Shown: positions 1 to 14,140 of the stretch, in pieces
Layout of the letters: each line of letters opens with the position of its first letter
How positions within the stretch are numbered: the first letter of the stretch is position 1
Assembly: GCA_050613775.1 (NCBI GenBank)
Contig: JBODTK010000100.1
Location: forward strand, 310,001-374,000
DNA length: 64,000 bases
Direction of reading: 5' to 3'
Origin: Neocallimastix sp. 'constans'
Taxonomy: Eukaryota
Notes under the pieces: model-generated
What the model saw: the letters and a program-made list of their open reading frames with translations, nothing else
Database searches by the model: none
What the model was told of the DNA's origin: nothing
Translations under genes and position numbers: made by a program

Positions 1-685
1 TCAAAGTCAAAATACTATATTAACTCCTACTTCTAATAATAATTCAGTTCTAAGAAGATCTCCTATACCTTTAAATCAAAAAGCTTATCCATCTCATTCA
101 TCAAATTATATACTACCATCAAATGATATGATTAGTTCATTTAGTATAACAAATAATTCTACTACAATAACCACAACGGAAACGTCATCAACATTAACAA
201 CAACAACAGATGATGACCTAACCACAGAGTCAACAACTACTGAATACTCTATTTATAGAAGAAAAGGAAATCGTGATAATTCTTCTACACATTATATTGC
301 TACACCAATGAATAATTTAAATAATGGCAATGCACCTAATATTACGCAGAAAAGATATGATAATTCTTATTCTTATTCTAATTTACGATCTAATTCTCGT
401 TCTCATTCTCATATTCAATCTTATCCTGAATTTCAACAACCGCAACAACAACAATCAATTTATTATAGTGAGAATAATAATTATAATAAGTCTTTAAATA
501 ATGAAAATTCAATTTATTCAAGAAGATCTGGAATAAGATTAAACCAATCACCATCAGTTTCTAGAGTATCTTCAAAACATAATTTTTATAAACCTAGTAC
601 ACTAATCAATCCTCAAGGTTCTATAGCAAATTATGAAAATTCGACTAATAGAAGTAGGACTTTTTATCCTTCAACAGTATATTAA
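1..685 (+). CDS. 3' end of a gene entering from the left; Ser/Thr/Asn-rich low-complexity C-terminus, function unknown
   Basis: Higher GC than the flanks, reading frame open to the stop at 685 (ORF 128..685), followed by A-rich UTR-like sequence. No recognisable domain. Confidence 0.6.
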   Translation, partial: QSQNTILTPTSNNNSVLRRSPIPLNQKAYPSHSSNYILPSNDMISSFSITNNSTTITTTETSSTLTTTTDDDLTTESTTTEYSIYRRKGNRDNSSTHYIATPMNNLNNGNAPNITQKRYDNSYSYSNLRSNSRSHSHIQSYPEFQQPQQQQSIYYSENNNYNKSLNNENSIYSRRSGIRLNQSPSVSRVSSKHNFYKPSTLINPQGSIANYENSTNRSRTFYPSTVY

Positions 686-763
686 TTCTTAAATATCTAT
701 ATTTAACAAAAATAAAAACAAAACAATATCAAAAATAGCAGTAACAATAAACAGTAACAATAA

Positions 764-811
<48 letters not shown>

Positions 812-2154
812 AATAGAAATTATAAATAAAATAAAAAAGTATAACTTATATAATATTCATAAATATATTACTATTATTATTATTATTATTTCTATTTATT
901 TTATTTTATTTTTATATTTCATTTTTTTTATATTTTTTTTTTATTTATTTCACTTTTATTTTATTTATTATTTTTTTAAATAAAATAAAATAGTATAACT
1001 TATATAATATACATATATATATTACTATTATTATCATTTCTATTTATTTTATTTTATTTATTTATTTCACTTTTTTTTATTTATTTTTTTTGTATTACTT
1101 TATAAATTCAATATCGCACTTTGATGTATTTAAGAAGTTCTTAATAGAAAAATAATTTAAAACTTTTAAATATATATATTAAATTTGTTATTAAATATGA
1201 ATAATGAAAAATTTAAATTATAAATATTTTTTAATCTTATTTAATAATTAAATATAAATATTAGTAATTAATATTTGAATCTTATTTAATAATTAAACAT
1301 AAATAATGATAATTAATATTAATCTAAATTTTTATTATTATTAAAATTAATGATCAGATAAACATTATATATATATTAATTTTAAATTCTTTTAAAGACA
1401 AAAGAACAAAATATATAATTAATAATTAATACTGTATATATAAAAATAATATATATATATATTTTTTGTTTTTTTAATTATAAAATTTATATAAAAAAAA
1501 TTATGGCATGTTTTTTTATTTTTAAGATTGATGATAGTTAATTGAATATTATAATTAAATGTGGCTAGTGATAATAATTTAATTAATTGATTAATCATAT
1601 GTCAATATTTATTGTTATTATAGTTAATAGGAAAGTTAAAAGAATTAATATAAATAAAATTTCAATTAGCCACAAATAATGAAAATAATATATCCACATA
1701 CAATATATTTATATATTTAAATATATTATTTACAATGTAAATCTAATCTAATATAATATATTAATAATATAATATGTAAATTTTAATATAAATATTTAAT
1801 TATAATATATTAATTTTTATGGTAAAATAAAAATTAAGAAAAATAAAATTTATTTTTCTTTCATTTATATAATAATATATATAATATATATATAATATTT
1901 CAATATTTCAAATAACTATAATTAAAATAATATCATTAAATATCAATATCATAAATCCTATTATCCCACAAAAAATATATTAATAGAATAATTTATTTAA
2001 AAAAAAAAAAACAATTAATAATCATAATAATAAATTATATAATACATCTAATCTATAATCTATAAATAATAAATAATAAATAATAAATAATAAATAATAA
2101 TAAATAGAAAAAATATTAAATATTACATATTAAATAAATAAATAAATAAATAGA

Positions 2155-2198
<44 letters not shown>

Positions 2199-2703
2199 AA
2201 ATAATTATAAATATGATTAATGATAAATTAGATATAATAATAATAATAATGAAAAAAATTTATATTAATTTTATATTATGTTATTTTCCTTTCTATTTTT
2301 GTTTAAATTTTTTATTTTAAATAAATTACTTTTTCAATTATAAAGGTTAAAATAAATACTAATTGCAGTAAAAATAAAAAAAAAAGAAGTAATTGAAGAA
2401 GAAAAAAGAACAAAAATAAATAATAATAATAAAAATAAATAAAATAAAAAAAGTTTATAAAAAAATAATAATAATTTTAAAAAGGACAAAAAATTAAAAA
2501 ACAAACAAACATACAAAAAAATAAAATAAAAATAAAATAAAATAAAATAAAATAAAATAAAATAAAATAAGTATCTAATATAAAATAAAATAAAATAAAA
2601 TAAATAGTTGAAATATAAATATAAAGTACAAATTGAATAAAATAAAATAAAATAAAATTCTAATATATATATCAATTAACAAATAAATAATAAATAATTC
2701 AAA

Positions 2704-4126
2704 ATGGCTACTAACGCAGCATTTAAAAGATTAACACGAGAATATATCGATATAGTAAAAAATCCAGTTCCTTTTATAAAAGCGAAACCATTAGAATCAA
2801 ATATTTTAGAGTGGTAATTATTTATTGTTAATATAATTAATTATTTTTAAAATTATACCTTTATATAAAAAAGAATGGAAATAAATAAAAGATAGAAATT
2901 ACATTATAGATAAATTTCATATTTATTTATATAATAATAATCAATTCATAAATTGTTAATTATTATTAAAGGCATTATATATTAACAGGTCCTCCAGATT
3001 CTCCATATGAAGGAGGTGAATATCATGGCAAATTAATATTTCCATCTGAATACCCATATAAACCACCATCAATTAAAATGTTAACTCCAAATGGTAGATA
3101 TTATAATTATTTTATTTTAATTTCTTTCTTAAACGTTTATTAAATTATATTATTACTTAAAATATTTTAATAATTTTATTTATTATTATTACTATTTTAT
3201 AAAGGTCGTTTCCAAATTGATTATAGATTATGTTTAACTATGAGTGACTATCACCGTAAGTAAATATATTTAATTTTATACAATATATATTATAAATAAT
3301 ATAATAAATTCATTCATATAAATTTTAGCTGGTTTATGGAATCCACAATGGTCCGTGTCTACAATATTAACTGGTTTACTCAGTTTTATGGTATTATAAT
3401 AAATAATTTTTTTATAAACTTATAATAATAAATATTTTTATTATATACAATAAAATAATAATTATATAAAAATATTATTATTATATTCATTAAAATAAAG
3501 TTGGAAGATAAGCCAACTACTGGAAGTATAAATACTACAACTGAAGAAAAAATAAGATTATCGAAGAATTCACATTATTATAATATTAATAATCCAGTTT
3601 TTAGAAGTAATATATTATAATTATCAATTTGCATATTTATATATAGAACATATTGAACATATTATTAATGCCAAATATATGTTTTTGATAAATATAAATT
3701 ATATTTATTAAAAATAAAATAAAAAAAAAAAAAAAACAATATATAATGAAATTTATTATTAATAACAAATATATCTTTTTGTAAATTTTAATTGTATTAA
3801 ATAATATAGAGGTATTTCCTGAATTATGTGTAACAACAGTTGTCGAAAATGAACTAAATAATGTTATGTCAATAAATTTAAATCCACCTTTATGTAAAAA
3901 GAATGGTTCAAATATAAATATTGAAAAAAAGAATTTTAATACAAAAGATATAAATACCAACGATGATAAAAAAGTTATTTTAAATAATATGAATGATACC
4001 ATAACATCATTTATTAAGCCAATTAATGATAATAAATGGAAAATTATATTTGGACTTTTAATATTTTATTTAATTGTAGTAAAGGTTTTAACTCGTATGG
4101 AAATAAAAGTTGTATCTCAATCATAG
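2704..4126 (+). CDS. UBC6: Tail-anchored ER ubiquitin-conjugating enzyme E2 (Ubc6/UBE2J2 type), 6 exons
   Basis: Spliced translation [106 protein letters not shown] introns. C-terminal hydrophobic segment [18 protein letters not shown]. Confidence 0.93.
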
Positions 4127-4699
4127 CGTTTTATAACCTTTGATTAAATCAGTTATTTATTCGTAAGAATAATATAAATCATAAAATAAAAAGGAAAAAA
4201 AAAAAAAAAAGATTCTTTCAATGAGGAATCAATATTCATAAAAATAAGCATATATTAAATCTATTTTGTTTATTATTATTATTTTTTATAAAAAAACAAA
4301 ACAAAACAATAATAATAATAATAATATAAATAATGAACATATTTATAAAATAATTTATCGATATTAAAAAAAAATTATAAATAAATAAAATAAAAAAATA
4401 TATATATATAAATTATTTTAATATTACTCATTGATTATTTGAAAGTTGTGAAAAAGAAATAATTCTATTGAAAGAAAGAATAATCATAATAATATTATAC
4501 AAGTGATTATATAAGAAAGGACAATAATAAAAGAAATAAGAAAGAAAGAGAGAAAAGATAATAGTATTTTTTATTAATCTGCATGATTATCTATTTTCGA
4601 AATATTATTTATTTATTTTTATTTTTTTTCTTTGTAATAATTAATTAATTGACTTTATAAATTAAACATAGGCATACGAAAGTTCATGTATTTATTGTA

Positions 4700-4757
<58 letters not shown>

Positions 4758-5250
4758 GTGATATATATTATTAATATAATTTTTTAATTATTATTATTTT
4801 TTTTTTTTTTTTTTTTTTTACCTTTACAATTTATATATATATATTTATAATTATTTATTAAATATAATTTAATTTATATAATATAAATTATTATTACAAA
4901 TATAATAAAAGTTATATATTTTAAATTATTACTGTGGATATTTTAATATTAGTATATAATTTATTCAGCTTTATTAAACATTTTTTTTTTAATTTTTTCT
5001 TTAAATTATAATTTATTTGATTTGATTTCTTTAAAAATTCATTTTTGTATTAATCAAACAGAAACAAAAGAGTACAAGACAATGTTTAAGAAATAACTTT
5101 ATATGATTATTATAACTAATACAGGATTACTAAGAAGACGACCAGTTATAATATACCTTCAGAGCAAAGGTCTTATTAAATTAATTATACAAAAAGACTG
5201 GTTTGATTTGACTCTATAGTGGTAGTGGTAAGGTAATTTAGAAATAAAAT

Positions 5251-5325
5251 ATGTTTTTTTTTCTTTGAATAGGTTTTTTAGATAATAAATATATATTAAA
5301 AAACCTATTCAAAGAAAAAAAACAT
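5251..5325. repeat. ~29-bp near-perfect inverted repeat with 16-bp spacer
   Basis: atg(t)9ctttgaataggtttttta ... taaaaaacctattcaaag(a)8cat. Confidence 0.85.
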
Positions 5326-5829
5326 AAATATATATTTATTTATTGATTTAATGGCAATAGCTATTAATATATATATTTAATAACTATTAAAAAAAAAAAA
5401 AAAAAAAATCATATATTTTATAATTATTAAAAAAAAAAAAAAAAATATGGTAAAACTTCAAAAAATTTTTAAATCTATTGAAGAAATTATTAGTCTATAA
5501 TTTATATAAATTTATGTTAATTCTTATTTTCATCTTTTTTTTCTTTAAGATGTTATTATTATTATAAATTCGGATTAACCATTATAATTAATATATATTG
5601 ATTATTTTTATATAAGTATTATTCCCATTTTTATTTTATTTTATTTTATTTTTTATAAAGAAATCTTTATAAAAAAAAATTAACAAGAAAAAATAAAAAA
5701 TAAAAATAAAAATTAAAAATAGAAAATTTTCTATAACAATTTTTTTCATATATTTGTCATAATTTAATATTACTAAGTTTTGCTCTGATCTATTGATTAT
5801 GATGATGATAATTAACTACTCAGTTTCTT

Positions 5830-6127
5830 AATCATAGACCTTAATGATGTCTCCGGTTAATTTTATAGGAATTATGTGGGACAAATTCCAATTCCCCAGT
5901 GATTACACCTACTGGGGGAGTGAATGGTTCCTGTTCCTATGCTCCTGGTCAATGGAGATATATGTAGGAATGTATAGAGAATTCAGCTCCAGGTAGACAT
6001 GTAACTACATGTTGTTTGCGGCGACACCGTACTGGTATGATATATCATCATACCTACAGTAATAACTGTTGAGGCACTAATTAGAGATAGTTACCCATTA
6101 AGTGTGTGTCTATGTATTTTTTATTAT
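5830..6127 (+). mobile_element. 5'-truncated copy of the SINE-like family, flanked by a 13-bp target-site duplication
   Basis: Shares the core (gtgaatggttcct..atgctc.tggtcaatggagatatatgtaggaatgt) with 13162-13390 and with 44560-44985 on the minus strand. tactcagtttctt occurs at 5817-5829 and at 6128-6140. Short T/TTA tail. Confidence 0.85.
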
Positions 6128-6479
6128 TACTCAGTTTCTTTCGATTTATTATTTTATTTCATTTTTAAATATTTCTATATTCTTAATTAGTAATGTAATA
6201 TATATCCATACATGAAAGAATCTACCATGTAAAAAACTATTTCCACCCCATGAATATATGAAACACAATTTAATAATATATATTATGAAGATTTAAACAG
6301 TCATATATTAAATAATGATTTTTTTTAAACAACAAAACACATTATTTAAAGTATGGTTATTTTAACCCTTATTTATATATATCAAACGCGTATATATAAA
6401 TATAAACTATAGTAATGGAGGAGACTCTATGTCAGAGATCCCATACAAAATAATTTGAAATATAATCTCCTAAATATTC

Positions 6480-7840
6480 AAGGGAAATATAATAGAATGA
6501 TAATTCCTAGCGTGATATGGGTACATTCTAACATTAATAATATTATTAAATTTAGCGTGAAATGGGTTTAGATAATAATCAATTCAATATAATCACAATG
6601 CAAACCTTCATGATGAAAGGTATAATAAAATAATAAATATAATCATGAGTTATATACGGATATGAATGATGCGTATCCATCTATAAACTATACTTATTGA
6701 TTGCAAAGTTTTTTAAAGCTATAACCATTAAACTTCTTTCATTGATATTATAACGATGAGAAAATCCAAATATATAAAATCCTTTTAGAAATTTGGATTT
6801 TAGGGGTAGTAGGCAAAATAAAATAAAGAACTTAAAATATAAAATATTAAAGGAAAGTTGCTTAACTGATTCTTTGTGCTGATTATTTATGTTGACGATA
6901 TGATAGTTACTGGAGAACAGGATGAAATATATAATGTTATCAAAGAAATAAAAATAAAGTTTAAAATATCTAAATGTCGCGTTGTTGATAGTATCCTAGG
7001 AATAAATGTACGATTGGGAAAAGATTTTACATACTCAATCTCCCGAGAGAATTTTAATATGAATTTATTAGATAAATACAACATATATAATGTTAAGAAA
7101 TCCAAAACACTTTGTACAGGTAATAATATTATTTCTGAAAACAAAACACCTTTCGATAAAACCATTTACGAGAGGACCATTGGATCCTTAATATTTTTAT
7201 TGCTATGCACACGACCGGACATATCTTTCATAATCAATAAAGCTGCAAGAAAAAACGAAGAACCAAATTTATCCGACTGGAAAATTATTGTTAATATTTT
7301 TAAATATTTAAATTCTTCAAAACACTACAAAATTGTTTATAATGGGGTCGGTCATATTCAGACTAGGATATGCAAGGGATTCATATGATCGTAAATCCAC
7401 GTCTGGGTACATTATATTAATGGGAAACTCAGTAATATGTTGGTCGTCCAAAAAACAGTCAATTGTTGCAACATCTACAACGGAAGCAGAGTATATCAAT
7501 ATATCAGAGTGTATAAAGAAGGTATTATGGATAAGAAATATTGTAAGAACTATTAAATATTGATAAAGAAATAATAATATATACAAACAATTTATCAAGC
7601 AAAACTATTATGGAAAATCGGGTTTTAAATTCAAAACTAAAACATATTGATATTACATATCATTTCAACAGAGACAATATAGACAAGCACAAAATTAAAT
7701 TAGAATACATAAATACAGATAAAATGATAGCAGATATACTCACAAAAAAAGTAAATGGAAATAAAATGACTATTTTTGTAAAATATATTTAAATTAAACA
7801 ATTATATCAATACAAATATAAAAATTAATTTAAGGGAAGT
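6480..7840 (+). mobile_element. Degenerate Ty1/copia retrotransposon fragment (RT + RNase H), frameshifted
   Basis: YVDD (ORF 6876..7388), IGSLIFL..CTRPDISF, DRKSTSGY..WSSKKQSIVATSTTEAEY (7333..7563), KHIDITYHF..MIADILTK (7610..7792). Purine tract aagggaag at ~7832-7839. Left boundary approximate. Confidence 0.92.
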
Positions 7841-7954
7841 ATAATTATATATCATGTGATAAATAAATAAACATAAAATAATGTAATTTAGTTTTATGTA
7901 CTCGCATAAAAAACATGAAAATATTTTTAAATAAAAATTGTTCTAAACAAAAAC

Positions 7955-8131
<177 letters not shown>

Positions 8132-9096
8132 TATAATAATTGTTAGTATATAAAATTATCATTTGATAAATGATTAATCTTAAATTAATATATAATATTT
8201 ATATATTAAATAAATGTATATATACATAAATTTATTTTACAACTTATGACGTTATATGTATTTTATGTTTAATATTCATATTTCTATTTTATAAATAAAT
8301 GTTATTAAGAGTCTCTATAGCTAGTCAATAATAATAATAATAATAATAATAATTAATAATAATACATTTATTGTATTTGTAAAAAAAATTGTAATTACAT
8401 TGTGAATAATCTTTTGTTTTGAATTTTAATATATTAATTATCGAAAATTAATTTTTTAATATTTAATAGAAACTTTCTATAATTTATTATTCATAATAAA
8501 TAATAAACTAAAAACCAATATATAATAATCGTAGCTTAAGGTGATACGCTGATTGACTTTAAGCCTCCAATTTTTTTTTTCTTTATATAACTCAAATATA
8601 ATAAATTAATATAATTTTATATTTGGTCATATATTACTCTGTTAAAAAAAATTATTATTGATTAAATTTATATTAATTAAAGTTCATATCCTCAATTACT
8701 CTAATTATATCAATTAATTTATATAAATAAATAAATAAAATATTAATTAATAAATAAATATATAATAATAATAAATGAATATTTAAATAAATAAACAAAC
8801 ACATATCATTTTAATATAATATATAATTAATATAAATAAAATATATTTGAAATTTAAATAGTAATAAATAATAAATAATAAATAATAATAATAAATGATA
8901 ATAATAAATAAATAAATAAATAATAAATAAATAAATAAAAATTGTTATATATACTTAATAGCTGTAATTGTATTTAATTATTCGTGCAAAAAATTTTTTT
9001 ATTGAATATTGTAATATATATGTAATATACATTAATGTAATATATCACTTTGTAATTTTTTTCTTATTTATTATAAAACTTCTTTTCTTTTCTTTT

Positions 9097-9137
<41 letters not shown>

Positions 9138-9655
9138 TCATCAACACTTATTCTTTGTTTTAACAAATTTCATAAGCACCAAATAAAAAAATAAAATAAA
9201 TTAATTGAATATTAATTTAATTTTATTTTTTTTATATTTTTATTTTATTAATTTATATATATAAAAAACAAAAAAAAATTTAAAAAATATATTATAAAAA
9301 AAAACTTTTTTTTTTTAATTTATTTAAAGAAAAATATTTTTTTTTATAGAAAAAAAGACCAAAAAAATTGTAAAATATAAAAAACTAAAAAAAAAAAAAA
9401 CAAAACAACACTTAAAACCTTATTCACATTCACATATTATTGTATTTAAATATACCATATATTTAATATATTTAATTAAGAAGGAAATTATATTTAATAA
9501 AAGGTAAATGATATAAATATTATTAAAATGAATTAATAAATATTTTTATATATTTGTATATTTTTTTTTTTATTATTTTTTTTATGAAAATGTATGAATT
9601 GAATTTTCTACTATAAAATTTTATTGCTATCTATATGGATATACATTTCTTTTTT

Positions 9656-9691
<36 letters not shown>

Positions 9692-9961
9692 AAAAAATCA
9701 ATAAAGGACAAAATTAAAATGATTGTATATAAGTTTTTTTTTTTTTTTTATATTTTAATAAAAGATTTCAGAAAATCTTAAAATCAAAATAGTAATTTAA
9801 AAAGATTTATAAAAGTAATAAAGAAGAGTCAAAATAAGTAAAATGATGATGATCAAATAAATCTTATTGTAGTTTTTTATTTTTTTTAGTTATTAACGTA
9901 TTACAGTAAATTTACAATAAAGAAAAATGAAATTAATACATTTTTATTAAAATAATAGAAA

Positions 9962-11949
<1,988 letters not shown>

Positions 11950-13161
11950 ATTATTTAGAAAGTAATGTTCTAAGTAATAATAATATTAAAAATAATAATA
12001 ATAAATAATATTTAATGAAGAAAAAAAAGAAAAGAAAAATGAAATGTTCTTTTTTTTTTTATTAAATAACCTATTACATTTGAAAGTACTCATATATATA
12101 TCAATTAGTCATATTAGTACAAATCCAAATAATTAACAAATAAAATTACATTATCATTATTAAAATAAAATTGGTAATTAAAGAAATAAATGTTCAAATA
12201 AATATTAAATATAGAATTTATATAGCAAAAATACATTAGAAAAGTTATGTGAGAAAACCTTTTTAGGAAAATTTATTAATTTATAGTATAAAAATTATAT
12301 TGAAGTGCATTGTTCAATTTTTTTTTTTTACTTTGTTTTAAGCAATGTATTAAGTAAAAAAGTATTTCAAAAAAAAAAAAAAAAAAAAAAGAACCAAAAT
12401 TTTTTTCTTTAATTTTTATATTTATATATCTCAGGAACGGAGATATGGTAATATAGTATTATATGGGATATGATTTTCACCTATTAATATATCTATTAAA
12501 TATTTGTATATATTATAGTAGTTATTATTCGTAAATACTAATAAATTATAGATATTAATGAATAATAATTAAGAAAAAAAAAGTATAAAAGGAAAAAATT
12601 TAATTTTATTAGATTATAAAATGAGCAAATAAAATTTTAATAAAAAAAAAAAAAAAAGAAAAGAGTAATTTTTCAAGTCTGAAAAAGTAGTAAAAATGTC
12701 AAGAAACATTTATATATATAAATAAATTTATAGTAATAATAATGAAGATGATTAAAAATGGGAAGCTATATTTTATATGTTATTTTTTAGAAATAACGTA
12801 ATTGATAATTAAAACATACAATACATATAAACCCTATCATTATATGGTTTTAATAGATATAGAAATTATTATATAATTATGTTTTTTATTTCTTATTAAA
12901 TATATTTATTAGATTTGTTTTTATTATTATTATTATATTATTATTATTTTTTTGGAAATATATAATCTTTTAATATTTATTATGTATACTTTTATAATTT
13001 TTTTTTTTTAATATTTACAATTTTAATTTTATAAATTATTTTATATAAACAAAATAAATAAAAATGAATATAATAGTAAAAAGAATATAAAAATAAAAAA
13101 TGTAAATTTAGAAATATTTAATTTTAAAAATGATATTATGTCCTCACGGCAATGATAGAAT

Positions 13162-13390
13162 AGAAGAATAGGAACTATTCACCCCTCCAGTGGGTGAATG
13201 GTTCCTATTCTTCTGATGCTCGTGGTCAATGGAGATATATGTAGGAATGTTAGGGAATACAGCCCCAGGCAAATGTGTAACGACGTGTAAAGGGGCGATG
13301 CTGTATTAGAATCACACTTAACAGTTAGATCTGTTATGGTCATAATGGGAGATGGGTACATATTATGTGTGTTTAAATTATTATTATTGT
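13162..13390 (+). mobile_element. 5'-truncated copy of the SINE-like family with a fold-back at its 5' end
   Basis: Core identity to the other two copies (ctgatgctcgtggtcaatggagatatatgtaggaatgttagg; atgggagatgggtac). TTA tail. Confidence 0.85.
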
Positions 13391-13816
13391 TTTATTTAAT
13401 TTTATAATCATATATTATAAAAATATATATAAAAATATTTAATAACATCATAAATCACTACTTCTAAGTTATATTTTATTCATTATATTAATCAATCATT
13501 TTTATTAATTAATTAAATAATCGTTGCTTACTTATTTATTTATATATTTAATTTACAAAAACATAATTTTTTTTAAAATTTTTAATTACCATTGTTATAA
13601 ATATTAAATTGTATGATTTTTTAAGAAATAAACCATGAAAATATATTCAATTAATAAAACAATGATTAAATATATATATATATATATATAATTAATTAGA
13701 AAAAAAAAAAAAAAAAGTATAATACATTTTGTATTAAAAAATGTTTTTTATTATAATTTTGTATATTTATATAGCCGTGTTATAAATATAGTGTATTTAA
13801 TATTTTTAATATTTAC

Positions 13817-13861
<45 letters not shown>

Positions 13862-14140
13862 TATAAAATATATATACATTTTTTTAATCCATAAGTAAAA
13901 TAATTGTAATAAAAATCTAAAAACTAAATGTAATTTTTTATGAATTTCTAATAATACATATTTATATATTTTTCTAAAATAAGACATAAAAATTAAAAAA
14001 CTAGAAATTAAAAAATAAAGAATAAAAAACTAATAAAATAAAAATAGTAAATAAATTTACTGAGATTTATAATAAATTTGAGTATTATTATTTTTAAAGT
14101 ATCTATTATTTAAAATTTATTTTTAATTTTAATTTATAAT

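Noticed and set aside
12424..12445. Small atatctc..gagatat hairpins (also ~42108-42131)
   Set aside because: Stems of about 7 bp are expected by chance at this composition.
13210..13260. CTGATG in the SINE core as a possible hammerhead ribozyme
   Set aside because: It reads CUGAUGC rather than CUGANGA, and I found no properly placed GAAA or stems.
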